DNA of 64,000 bases from NCBI GenBank assembly GCA_050287085.1, contig JBNKBE010000027.1, positions 1-64,000 of the forward strand, in the 5' to 3' direction. Positions 38,760 to 48,211 of this stretch are shown piece by piece. The notes under the pieces are model-generated. The model was not told where the DNA came from, searched no databases, and saw only the letters and a program-made list of their open reading frames with translations. Within the stretch, counting starts at the first letter, position 1. Each line of letters opens with the position of its first letter. A program made the position numbers and the translations under genes. This DNA comes from Polyangiaceae bacterium. Lineage in GTDB: Bacteria; Myxococcota_A; Polyangia; Polyangiales; Polyangiaceae.

Positions 38760-39531
38760 GCCGCGCGGCGCAGAGGCGTTTGGGGCGGCGCCCCTCAGGC
38801 GTTATTCCTGGATGGGTCGCCCCTGCAATCGCACGGCACCCTGGGCACTTGGGCTGTTGTTGGGCGGGGTCACGTTGAACTGTGGAGGTCCGGCGAAACC
38901 AGCGGATTGGCGCCTCACGCGCTCGGGGCAAAGCCTGAGCCCCGTACCGCCGCAGGGGGAGGATGCCCAGCGGAACGTTCCGGAGGGGACGGGCCTGCAC
39001 CCTACCCTGGAAACGAATATGACTTTGGCAGAGGGGGACACGGGCAAGCCACCGCTGCCGGCAGCCACAGCGCCCAAGCCAACCAAAGGCTCGGAGAGCC
39101 TTCCGGATCCGCCTGCCACTCAATCGCGCCAGCAGTGGCGATTTCAGTTCCGGTACCAGGCCGGGCAAATCAGCGTTGAGGCGGTCGAAGCTCTACACTA
39201 CGAGCAAGCGCAGACCGCCGCACGTCGCATGGGGCGGTTCGCGCTCGAGCTTTGGATCGGTCGCGAGCTCCTCGAGCGGGTTCGCTTCGACTTTCCGATG
39301 CTGGGCGCCCCAGAGCCGGAAACGGCCAGCGGGGTCGAGCTCGAGGCCAAGCTAGACTCCACCCGCAGCGTGCTCATTCCACACTCTCCGCGGGCAACCC
39401 GCGCGCAGCTCGTCGACCGGAAGTCGGGGCGCGTGTTTGCTCTGGACTGGCCGCCGCGTCCCGAGGGTCCCCCGGCGGTCCTCGAGGCCGAAGGGCCACC
39501 CGTCCCGCCGGCGACGCTTCCCGCAGACTGA
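38752..39531 (+). CDS. Hypothetical probable lipoprotein
   Basis: Hydrophobic stretch ending LNCG and a conserved-looking RRMGRFALELWIG.ELLERVRFDFP. Start is uncertain. Confidence 0.65.
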   Translation: MPKPRGAEAFGAAPLRRYSWMGRPCNRTAPWALGLLLGGVTLNCGGPAKPADWRLTRSGQSLSPVPPQGEDAQRNVPEGTGLHPTLETNMTLAEGDTGKPPLPAATAPKPTKGSESLPDPPATQSRQQWRFQFRYQAGQISVEAVEALHYEQAQTAARRMGRFALELWIGRELLERVRFDFPMLGAPEPETASGVELEAKLDSTRSVLIPHSPRATRAQLVDRKSGRVFALDWPPRPEGPPAVLEAEGPPVPPATLPAD

Positions 39532-39646
39532 GTCGCTGACGGCCATCTTCGGCTCCCGCCATCTCACCTTCGACCAGTCCTGAAAACCGTTTGGGTCTCT
39601 ACGACCTATGGCGCGCGCACCCCTCGGTGTGCCAGGCTAGGAAGCC

Positions 39647-41416
39647 ATGGAATGCGAGGCGTGTGGGCACAACAACGTAGACGGTGCGCGGTTCTGCGCC
39701 AATTGCGGGATTACGGTGGCGATGCCCGCCACGGGTGACAATCCGCTGCTCGGGAAGGTTGTTGGGGGGCGCTATCGGATAACCGGGATCATCGGCGAAG
39801 GCGGCATGGGTATTGTCTATGAGGGCGAGCAGCAGATGGGGTCCACCGTCCGCAAGGTCGCTGTCAAGACTCTGCACGCGGAGCTGTCGCGAGATCCTTC
39901 GGTGACGGCGCGCTTCCATCGCGAGTGTGGCACCGTGGCTCAGCTAGAGCACCCCAACACGATCAAGGTCTACGACTTTGGGGCGATGGATGACGGCACT
40001 TTGTACATCGCCATGGAGTACCTGGCGGGGGAGTCGCTCGATAGGGTCATCGAGCGAGAAGGTGCGTTGCACCCCGAGCGAGTGCTGAAACTGCTGCGGC
40101 AAGTGGGGGGCTCGCTCGAAGAAGCACACGGTCAAGGGATCATCCACCGCGACTTGAAGCCTGAAAACGTCATTCTGACCGAGCGGGCGGGGACCAAAGA
40201 CGTCGTCAAATTGCTCGACTTTGGGATTGCCGCGCGCACCGAGTCGGCTGACGCAGAGCGTGAAGCGAAGCTCACGCAGCAGGGCATGGTGCTGGGTACG
40301 CCTCCCTACATGAGCCCCGAGCAGTTTACGGGCAAGGCACTCGATCGCCGGAGCGACATTTATTCGATGGCGGTGATGGCCTACCAGATGCTGACGGGCC
40401 AGCTGCCGTTTGATGCCAACACCCCGTGGGAGTGGGCGACTGAGCACATGACGGCGCAACCACGTCCGTTTGAGACCATGCCCGTCAGCGCTGCGATCCC
40501 ACCGGGAATGCGAGCTGCAATTCTGAAGGCGCTCTCCAAAGATCGGGAAGAGCGTTTTTCAACCGTGTCCGAGTTCTTGAGCGCAATGAGCGCTGGGACG
40601 GGTCCCCAGGCGGTAGCGCCATTGGGCGAGACTGGGACGGCTGCCATGGAAGCGGTACCCAACTTCGCGATGGGCGGGGGCGCGGCACCCACCGCTGCGA
40701 TGCCGCTTAAGCCAGAGGCCGGCGCGACGGGGGGCATGCCGGTGGCGGTGCCCGCGGCCCCCAGCTCCCATGGTCGCGCTAGCGCGAAGCCCATGGGATT
40801 GATCTTTGGTTTGGGGGGGGTTGCCGTGTTGTTGGCCGCTGGGATCGGTTTTGCCACCTTGGGCGGCAGCGACGGTGGTGATGCGACGGCATTGCCGCTG
40901 CCGACGGCGCCCGAGCCCGTAGCCGTTGCGCCGGTGGCGACCACCGACGAGACAGAGCCGTCGCCCGCGCCTGACCAAGAGGAAGAGCCCCAAGCTCCGA
41001 GCGAGCCGGTGGTGGCAGCTCCGCCCAAGACGCCGACCAAGGCTCCAGAGAAGACGCCCACTGCAACGCGCCCTCCACCGACGCAAGAACCCACCAAGCC
41101 GCCGACAACGCAGCCCACTAAGCCGCCGCCGCCAAAGTCGGAGCCCGCTCCATCCGCCGGGAATGCCGCCTGTGACGCCTGTATCTCTCAAGCCAACGCC
41201 GGCAATCTCAGTGCTGCTGCCAGTAGCTACGCTGCCTGCGGCGACGCCGCCAAAAAACGGGCGTGCAGCATGCGTGCGCGCGTCCGAGCCGGGCAGTCGG
41301 GGGCAGCGGCCGCAAAGAGCGGAGATTGCGCAAAAGCAAGGCAAATCCTGGCGGCGGCCCAAGCGATGGGGGCGGCGTCACCGAGTTTGAGCAAGGCTGT
41401 AAGCTCCTGTAAGTAG
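39647..41416 (+). CDS. Membrane Ser/Thr protein kinase with N-terminal zinc ribbon
   Basis: CxxC..CxxC, GEGGMG, VAVK, HRDLKPEN, DFG, GTPPYMSPE, then a TM segment, a Pro-rich linker and a Cys-rich tail. Confidence 0.95.
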   Translation: MECEACGHNNVDGARFCANCGITVAMPATGDNPLLGKVVGGRYRITGIIGEGGMGIVYEGEQQMGSTVRKVAVKTLHAELSRDPSVTARFHRECGTVAQLEHPNTIKVYDFGAMDDGTLYIAMEYLAGESLDRVIEREGALHPERVLKLLRQVGGSLEEAHGQGIIHRDLKPENVILTERAGTKDVVKLLDFGIAARTESADAEREAKLTQQGMVLGTPPYMSPEQFTGKALDRRSDIYSMAVMAYQMLTGQLPFDANTPWEWATEHMTAQPRPFETMPVSAAIPPGMRAAILKALSKDREERFSTVSEFLSAMSAGTGPQAVAPLGETGTAAMEAVPNFAMGGGAAPTAAMPLKPEAGATGGMPVAVPAAPSSHGRASAKPMGLIFGLGGVAVLLAAGIGFATLGGSDGGDATALPLPTAPEPVAVAPVATTDETEPSPAPDQEEEPQAPSEPVVAAPPKTPTKAPEKTPTATRPPPTQEPTKPPTTQPTKPPPPKSEPAPSAGNAACDACISQANAGNLSAAASSYAACGDAAKKRACSMRARVRAGQSGAAAAKSGDCAKARQILAAAQAMGAASPSLSKAVSSCK

Positions 41417-41914
41417 TTGAAAATAGAAAACATTGTCGCGCCCCTGTGGAAAACTAAAGGGCTGGACTTTCTTGCCGTTGGGTTTGTCCCGTAGTTGCCC
41501 TTGACGCGTCGCAGCACGGCCGAGTAGACCGCAATCATCGCCTGCAGCGAGCTTTTGCTTACGGATCCAATATTTGCTGTTTTTCGACTAGCACCGGACT
41601 TCCTGAGACACTGAATCGCTAATAAGCTGGAGTACAAGGCTCCCGATCTTCCGAAGCCCAACTGGCACGTGTGCCAAGGCGGACGCGATACGCACAGAAG
41701 TAGGCTGTGCGACACACTCGGTAGAGTGGAGCTATTGGTTCAAATTGCCGCCTTTTCTAGTTTGGGACCGACGAGTGCATGGCTGCCCTCCAATGAGCGA
41801 CTCAAGCCGCTCAGCGTGAGGGCCCAGCGAAGATCGGGTCTACTGTGGCGTGATGTGCGTGCCCCATGGGTCGCTGCGCGCCGCTCCGCTGCGGGTTTCC
41901 CCCGAAGGTAACAT

Positions 41915-42190
41915 ATGAGTGGACGAATGACATGGAGCCAGATTCGCCAGTGCTCGGACTACATGGGCAAGTGGATTGCCCTGGAGCCCAGCCGCTACGA
42001 CGAGCAGAGCCTCCAGCCCGAAGAGGGTGAAGTGGTGGATGCCGACGTGGATCTAACGGCCCTCTGTGCCCGGATGCGACAAAGCGACCGCTCTTCGTGT
42101 GCGATTCGCTTCTGTGAGGTCGAGGAGGCGGTGCCCCATTCCTCGTTGCGGCCGGCAACCCCGAGCCTGCCTGTCGGATCGCGCGCCTAG
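41915..42190 (+). CDS. Hypothetical protein (DUF5678-like)
   Basis: YMGKWIAL...GEVVDAD.DL..L motif; SD GAAGG upstream. Confidence 0.7.
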   Translation: MSGRMTWSQIRQCSDYMGKWIALEPSRYDEQSLQPEEGEVVDADVDLTALCARMRQSDRSSCAIRFCEVEEAVPHSSLRPATPSLPVGSRA

Positions 42191-42242
42191 ACGCCGATTT
42201 ACTGCGAGCCCCCGCGGCGTTGAGGCAAGCGGACGGTGTGCC

Positions 42243-43166
42243 TCAACGCACCACAGGCTTGATCTGGGGGCGGCCGTCGCGGACTTCCACGCGAAAATCG
42301 ACGTTGCGACCTGTGTATTGAGCTCGCAGCTTTTCGTCTGTCGCCCTGAGAGAACGCGCCAGGGCGGCACGGTCGACGCGGGAGTTGGGGTTGACCTTGC
42401 GTTTCTCGGCCACCAGCTCTCGATACAGACGCTCGATCGTGGCGTCCGCCAGGCTGGAGTGGTCTTCGGATGCTTGTTGGGGGTTGCCGCGGGAGCGGTG
42501 CGTTGCCGTTTGAGCTTGCGCGGAAGGTTCGGGTCGCCGCCCGGTGCGCCGCGCTGAGGCTGTTTGTGGGAGCACTTCTTTCGGAGCGGGCGGGCCGGCT
42601 TGGGGGGGCTCGAATAGATCCGTGGGCGTTCGCGGCGGAGACAATACCGACCTACCTTCATCACCCGGGGCCTTCAGGACCCCTTTGAACGCCGCCTCGA
42701 GCGCATCGCGGGTGACCTTGTCGCTGTCCACGTTCTCGTCGAGCAGCCGCTCGAGGTCGAGCTCGGTCTGTTTGAGCACGCTTTCGCGCTTTGAGGGGGG
42801 GAGCTCAGACTGCCGCGTGGGGGCAAAGGAGTCGTGTGATTCAACGGGCTCGGCGTTGCTCCCGAAGCGGCGTTCGGCCCGGGCCACGTGTCGGCGGTAG
42901 GTGCCGTTCTCAATCTGTTTGCAGGTGCGCGTCCAGTACTGTTGCAGCGTGTTGTAGCGCTGGATGATGCCCTGGAGGCGGAAGCGCTTGGCGGTGTTGT
43001 TGGTGCGGACCTTGCGCAGCGCCCAGATCCTGCGGTCGACGTCTTTGCGCGCAACGCCGGGCTCGATCCGCTCTATGCCGAGGAAGTATTGTTCGTACAG
43101 TGAACGCAAGCGTTCGAGTCGAAGCTCCAGCTCCGCAAGCTCGTGGTCGAATTCGCTCTTGTTCAC
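42243..43166 (-). CDS. MXAN_5187 C-terminal-like domain protein
   Basis: LYEQYFLGIER.EP N-terminus and LY.......K...VDFRVEVRDGRPQIK C-terminus. Confidence 0.75.
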   Translation of the reverse strand: MNKSEFDHELAELELRLERLRSLYEQYFLGIERIEPGVARKDVDRRIWALRKVRTNNTAKRFRLQGIIQRYNTLQQYWTRTCKQIENGTYRRHVARAERRFGSNAEPVESHDSFAPTRQSELPPSKRESVLKQTELDLERLLDENVDSDKVTRDALEAAFKGVLKAPGDEGRSVLSPPRTPTDLFEPPQAGPPAPKEVLPQTASARRTGRRPEPSAQAQTATHRSRGNPQQASEDHSSLADATIERLYRELVAEKRKVNPNSRVDRAALARSLRATDEKLRAQYTGRNVDFRVEVRDGRPQIKPVVR

Positions 43167-43199
43167 AGATCCCCTTGATCGCGTTGCCGAGCCCCGGAC

Positions 43200-44063
43200 T
43201 CAGAGCGGGGTGACTCGTAGGTTGTCGAAGCAGACGCGCGCATCCCAATCATTGAAGGCGATGTGTTCGTGCCCCGATCCCACAAGCGGCGCCTGATCGT
43301 TGTAGCTCAGAATGTCGATGTCATCGACCCACCACTGCACGGTCTTGCCGTCTCGTCGTGCGAGCTTGAAATGATAGAGGCGTCCTGGCTCCACGGCGCG
43401 GGCCGAGAGCTGGTCGCCCGCCCTATCCACCACGAGCTCTTGGCGGTCCCGAGCGTGTTCGTCCAGGCGTGCCAGTACGTGGCGCGTATTCTTCCAGCCT
43501 CCTAGAATCGCGATGTAGCTCGTTGCATCGTCGTAGCTCGTTCCCGTCGCGTAGGAGCGCCCGTCTCCCCACAGCTCTACCTTGATGTCGCCATCTCGGG
43601 AGTGCGAGACGGCGTCGAATTCGATGACGGCGTTGGTAGGCACCCTGCGATCGAGCCACACCGGGTGATTGCGCGCGTGGGTTGCGCATAGCTGACCACC
43701 TTGGATCCGCCAGGCTGAACTGGTTGCCGCCCAATTCGGTCCCAACGTGGCCCGTTCGAAGTTGTCTTCGAAAGGTGCGGTGAGACGTGGCCCGTGCAGT
43801 TGCTTGCCCCGGGCATCGGAGCTGGCGGGGCTTGGGGCCGGCGCGAGCGGCTTATAGTCGCTTGTCGTTTTTGATTCGTCTGACCTGGCGGGCTGTGAAG
43901 TTGCTTGGTCTTCGTGCGTCTCGCGATGAGGCAGGCATGCAGCAAACATCAATCCAGCGACGACCGCGCTGTGTTGATGTTTGAGCCCCCGCCAGCCGCA
44001 GGTCCACGAGGGGGAGTCGTCGCGCCAGGGCGGTTGTTGGCGGGTTGTCCGACGAAGCTTCAT
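43200..44063 (-). CDS. Hypothetical lipoprotein with concanavalin-like beta-sandwich
   Basis: FAAC lipobox, FEDNFER..LG..W and CFDNLRVTPL. The true start may lie downstream. Confidence 0.7.
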   Translation of the reverse strand: MKLRRTTRQQPPWRDDSPSWTCGWRGLKHQHSAVVAGLMFAACLPHRETHEDQATSQPARSDESKTTSDYKPLAPAPSPASSDARGKQLHGPRLTAPFEDNFERATLGPNWAATSSAWRIQGGQLCATHARNHPVWLDRRVPTNAVIEFDAVSHSRDGDIKVELWGDGRSYATGTSYDDATSYIAILGGWKNTRHVLARLDEHARDRQELVVDRAGDQLSARAVEPGRLYHFKLARRDGKTVQWWVDDIDILSYNDQAPLVGSGHEHIAFNDWDARVCFDNLRVTPL

Positions 44064-44301
44064 GGGGGGATGCTAGCGACGGCTCTGCGGACCTGCAAAC
44101 GGTTGCATCTTGGGTGTGGGACGAACGTGCGAGTAGGGGCTACGTGTATGCGTCTGCCCACTTGGCTCGGACATACAGCCAAACCCAGGCACTGGCAGCC
44201 GGATAGTTGCTTTACCCATTCCCAGGTTCAGAGGTAGCCTGCACCGCCCTTGAACGCCAACGGGTCAAGGACACCGCATATTCAAAAGAGGAGCCCACGA
44301 C

Positions 44302-45018
44302 ATGGCTGGAGCAGGAAGAGTTTTAGTTGGTTGGACACTCGTCGCCAGCGCCGGAGTTGGATTGATTGCCGCGGCCTGCGGCGGCAGTGAGCCAGAGCCC
44401 CAGAACCAGTTCCAAGCTGGCACGCAGTATCCGCCGGGACAATACCCGCCGGGGCAATATCCAACGGCGCAGCCATACCCGGGACAATACCCCACGGCGC
44501 AGCCGTATCCGTCCGCGCAGCCGTATCCATCGGCACAGCCGACATATCCAGGCGCCGCCCCCACACCAGCCCCCACCGCAGCTTTGCCGATTCCGCCCAC
44601 GGCGGCTTCCGGTACTCCTGCGACGCCGCTGGACGCTGCGGCCGGAAGCATGGTCACCCCATTGCTTGGGCCGATGGCACAGACCCACGCGCCCGGCGCG
44701 CACCCCCTTGGAACGGCGACCGTCGCCAACTTCATGCCGGGGCAGCAGGTGGAGCAGGTAGTCCAGATGGAAGCCGGACGCTGCTACACGATCCTGGCAG
44801 CAGGCGTTCCTACGGTGCAAGGGCTCACCATTCAGCTCGTGCCGACGATGGGGCCGCCCGTCGTATTCCAGCAAAGCCAACCCACTGAGGTGCCTGGCCA
44901 AGCTGTATTGGGTAAGTCGCCCAATTGCTTCAAGGTGGTTATTTCCGCGCCTTGGAAGGTTGTGACCACCGTATCGGCAGGTCAAGGGCTTGCCGCTGTA
45001 CAGGTTTACGAAAAGTAG
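44302..45018 (+). CDS. Lipoprotein with QYP/PYP repeats
   Basis: Lipobox AAAC, Q/Y/P-rich repeats and a GRCYTILA beta domain; SD GAGGAG. Confidence 0.8.
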   Translation: MAGAGRVLVGWTLVASAGVGLIAAACGGSEPEPQNQFQAGTQYPPGQYPPGQYPTAQPYPGQYPTAQPYPSAQPYPSAQPTYPGAAPTPAPTAALPIPPTAASGTPATPLDAAAGSMVTPLLGPMAQTHAPGAHPLGTATVANFMPGQQVEQVVQMEAGRCYTILAAGVPTVQGLTIQLVPTMGPPVVFQQSQPTEVPGQAVLGKSPNCFKVVISAPWKVVTTVSAGQGLAAVQVYEK

Positions 45019-45024
45019 GGACTT

Positions 45025-45083
45025 GAGTCATCGGGGTTCGCCTCGATGACTCGCCCGGATCGGTTCAAGGAAGCGTTCCTTGA
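45025..45083. terminator. Two stem-loops between convergent genes
   Basis: GAGTCATCGGGG-TTCG-CCTCGATGACTC (45025-45052) and TCAAGGAA-GCG-TTCCTTGA (45065-45083). Confidence 0.55.
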
Positions 45084-45155
45084 TAGGAACGGCGACCCAG
45101 CACTAGAAGCAAGAGCCGATCAAGAATAGGCGAAAGCAGCAGCATCGGGGCGGTC

Positions 45156-45971
45156 TCAGCCCTTGGGCTCGACACGATGCTGCGTCGCCTTCGGGATCGC
45201 TTCTTGACCTGCGTTGCGCTCGTAGAGCAATCGCAGTCCGTTCAACGTCAGGTCTAGGTCGACCTCCTGCAGGGAGCGTGCGTGTTGTGCCAGTAGCGGA
45301 GCTAGCCCACCCGTCCCGATCACGCGGGCGTCCGGTGATAGCTCCTCTTTGAGGCGGGCCACGAGGCCGTCGATCAGTCCCGCGTAGCCAAATACGACCC
45401 CGCTCTGGAGCGAGTGGGTCGTGTTGCGCCCGATCACGCGCGGCGGCTCAGCGATTTCAATCGGGCGCAGTTTTGCGGCTCGGCTCATGAGCGCGTTGAG
45501 CCCCACTTCGATGCCGGGTGCAATGGCGCCGCCCAAGTAGTGTCCGCGTTCAGAGATACAGTCGAAGGTCGTGGCCGTACCGAGGTCGACCACGATAGCT
45601 GCGCCCTGAGCTTTGTGAAACGCGGCTACGGCATTCACGATGCGGTCAGCGCCGACATCGTGCGGATTGTCATAGTGGACCGGGACTCCGGTTTTCATCC
45701 CGGGACCGACGATCAATGGCTCCACACCAAAGGAAATGGTGATCGCGCGGCTCACCACGTTGGTTAGGGGAGGAACCACGCTGGCCACGATGGCGGCGGT
45801 TACCGCGTGATGGGAGACCTTGTGCACCGAGAGTACCTGGTGCAAGACGACTGCGTATTCGTCTGCGGTGCGAGAGAGAACGGTTGCGGCACGAAATGTG
45901 TGCCGCAAGGTCTCGCCGTCGAAAAGCCCGACGGTGAGATTCGTATTGCCCATATCGACGGCGAGAAGCAC
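45156..45971 (-). CDS. coaX: Type III pantothenate kinase
   Basis: DMGNT, SVVP, VGADR, DLGTATT, GGAIAPG, GTGG. Confidence 0.95.
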   Translation of the reverse strand: MLLAVDMGNTNLTVGLFDGETLRHTFRAATVLSRTADEYAVVLHQVLSVHKVSHHAVTAAIVASVVPPLTNVVSRAITISFGVEPLIVGPGMKTGVPVHYDNPHDVGADRIVNAVAAFHKAQGAAIVVDLGTATTFDCISERGHYLGGAIAPGIEVGLNALMSRAAKLRPIEIAEPPRVIGRNTTHSLQSGVVFGYAGLIDGLVARLKEELSPDARVIGTGGLAPLLAQHARSLQEVDLDLTLNGLRLLYERNAGQEAIPKATQHRVEPKG

Positions 45972-46055
45972 GTACGGCTACATAGCGGCTTTGGTCGCGT
46001 CTCGATACGGCTGTGTGGGGCGGCAGGGAACAGAAGGCGACAACAAACAATGGGT

Positions 46056-48101
46056 CTAGGGGGCTTCGTCCTGCGTCCGCCATGAGGCTCCCGCGACGCT
46101 TTCGTTGCCACGAAGCCCAGACCAGCTGGGTTCGGCGACGCCGAGCCGCTCCCAATCGTCGTCGAGGTCAGGGCGATCGGCGAGCACGATCACCAACTGA
46201 GGATCGTAGCTGTGCTCGTCCTGTTTTCGGAGCGCGACGCTGAGCGGACCAAAGCGAGAGGGGACGTCGGCGGTCTGCAGTACAACGGGGCGAGCGTGTG
46301 AGCCGCTCACGGGGGCACCCAATACGAGCATGTGTTCATCGAGGAGGGTCAGGCGTGTTCCCGAGAGGGGGGCCGTGCTGAGCCAGCGACGCAGCCAGGC
46401 CAGGTGTTCCGGAGGCGCTTTCGCGTCGAAGTAGAGCTTGAGCGGGGGGCGATCGCCCGCGAGCTGTATTTCAAGCACTCCCGGCGTCGTCTGGGGTTGC
46501 GGAGAGGGCGCTTCACGAGGCGGGAGTTCGGGGTCGGGTGTGGGCGGACAGTCTGCCGTTCGCAACTTGTTCAGTGCGGCGTTGGCAGCGTGGCGGACGC
46601 GTGGGTAGGGTGACTCGCAGAAAGACGGTATCAGCTTGCGCAAGCTGAGCACTCGGCTGGCGGCGACCGCCTCGAGCAACGCTTGTTGGGTGGGGACAGA
46701 CCACGCGTCGGAGCGTTCAAGTGCGTCCTGCAAGGCTGTGAACACCTCCGGGGGCAGTGTGAAGTCGCTTTCGTCAGACGCGACGCGGGTCAGGGCGCGT
46801 GCGCCCGCTTCCACCGCACCGCTGAGCGAACTGGAAAGCGCCTGCACCAGCAGGGTATTGAGCGCCGCTCGATAGGAGGGGGGCCAAGTGAGCGCAAGGG
46901 CCTCGCGTAGCAGAGGGTCGGGGGCGTCTTGCACCAACCGCTGCAGCTCCTCGTGACGGCCGGATTGCCTCAGGAGCACCAGTAGCTGGGCGCAGCCAAG
47001 GCTCGCCGTACCCGCGGGGGCGCAGCGGGCAAGCGCCGGAGCCTCGATCGAGCTGTAACGCAGCGCGGCGGCGAGACAACGCAGGTGCTGCCGAGCGAGG
47101 ACTGCGGGGGCGTCGGGGTTCGCCACGGAGTCGGGGTTCGCCACGGAGTCGGGGTTCGCCACGGAGTCGGGGTTCGCCACGGAGTCGGGGTTCGCTGGCG
47201 GGTCCAGCTCGTCGGCCGACTCGGCGAGCTCTTGGAGGCGAGCTGCGACGTCGCCGGTGGGGGCTCTGTAAGAGCCGGCCCTTGCCCGCGCCTGCAGCAC
47301 CGACGTGAGGAGGTCGACGTCGTTCAGTCCCAAAACGAGTGCGTCGATCGCATTTTCGTCTTCCGCTTCCAGGACCGAGCGCACGGCGGCTCTGCGCAAG
47401 AGAGGTGGCACGCGCAGGTCGAGGGCCAGTTCGTGTAGTCGCGACGCCGCTTGTACCGAAGGGTGCCCGAGCGCCCGGAAGGTCCAGAAGCCCGGCGCTC
47501 GGGCCGCGAGGCTCAGGGCGGCCTTAGCGAGAGTTGATGTCAGACTCGGCGCGTGAGCGAGCGCAAAACCCGCGGCTTCCGGCGGCGCGTTGGCGATCAG
47601 GCGTTCGAGGGCGGGGCGCGATAGGACTTCGGTTTGGGAAAGCGCCGCGAGCGCCCGGCCAGCGCCGTCGCGACTGTATTCATTGGCTCCAAGCCACGCG
47701 CTCAGCAGCGGCGCCGGCTGTGGAATGCAGCGCCGCGCGGCCTGTGAAAGACCAAACCACGCAGCGTCGTCACTGGGTGTTGGCGCAAGGCTGAGCCGCG
47801 CGGCCCTGCCCAATAGTTCCGAGCCGGCAGCCAGGCGCTCGCGGGCACATTGCCGTCCAAGTCTCGAGCCGGCAAGTGCCACCTCGGCTGGGGCCATTCC
47901 GCGCAGCAGCGGAATTGTTGCGCCGGTCGACGTGGTTGCGGCCTGGGATTGGGCTGCCGGCGCGGAGGTCGGGACCTCGTTGCAGCCTGCAGAAGCCAAA
48001 ATCAGGCACAAACGCAGGCCCAGAGCTGGCGTGCCATCCCGGTGCAGCGAGCGCGAAAGGCGCCGCAGGGGCGTGGCATTGGGCCGACCGCGCAGCAACA
48101 T
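46056..48101 (-). CDS. Helical-repeat protein with degenerate cyclophilin-like C-terminus
   Basis: Possible lipobox SAGC, an Ala/Leu-rich helical region and a C-terminal layout resembling cyclophilin. Start is uncertain. Confidence 0.55.
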   Translation of the reverse strand: MLLRGRPNATPLRRLSRSLHRDGTPALGLRLCLILASAGCNEVPTSAPAAQSQAATTSTGATIPLLRGMAPAEVALAGSRLGRQCARERLAAGSELLGRAARLSLAPTPSDDAAWFGLSQAARRCIPQPAPLLSAWLGANEYSRDGAGRALAALSQTEVLSRPALERLIANAPPEAAGFALAHAPSLTSTLAKAALSLAARAPGFWTFRALGHPSVQAASRLHELALDLRVPPLLRRAAVRSVLEAEDENAIDALVLGLNDVDLLTSVLQARARAGSYRAPTGDVAARLQELAESADELDPPANPDSVANPDSVANPDSVANPDSVANPDAPAVLARQHLRCLAAALRYSSIEAPALARCAPAGTASLGCAQLLVLLRQSGRHEELQRLVQDAPDPLLREALALTWPPSYRAALNTLLVQALSSSLSGAVEAGARALTRVASDESDFTLPPEVFTALQDALERSDAWSVPTQQALLEAVAASRVLSLRKLIPSFCESPYPRVRHAANAALNKLRTADCPPTPDPELPPREAPSPQPQTTPGVLEIQLAGDRPPLKLYFDAKAPPEHLAWLRRWLSTAPLSGTRLTLLDEHMLVLGAPVSGSHARPVVLQTADVPSRFGPLSVALRKQDEHSYDPQLVIVLADRPDLDDDWERLGVAEPSWSGLRGNESVAGASWRTQDEAP
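47112..47195 (-). repeat. In-frame 18-bp tandem repeat, about 4.7 copies (ANPDSV)
   Basis: gtcggggttcgccacgga is repeated exactly. Confidence 0.92.
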
Positions 48102-48211
48102 GGCCTGATGAAGCAAAAAAAAGCCGGGTATGGCCCAATTAGCGGAGTGGTTTCCTTGCGGCCACCCTGCTACACCCCGAACCGCCGGCAGTTCCCGAAT
48201 CCAACGCAAGC

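Noticed and set aside
41445..41453. DnaA box / oriC
   Set aside because: A single TTTTCCACA match, with no box cluster and no dnaA-type gene context.
47112..47195. Tandem repeat as a CRISPR array
   Set aside because: There are no spacers; it is an in-frame coding repeat. The same applies to 29620-29724.
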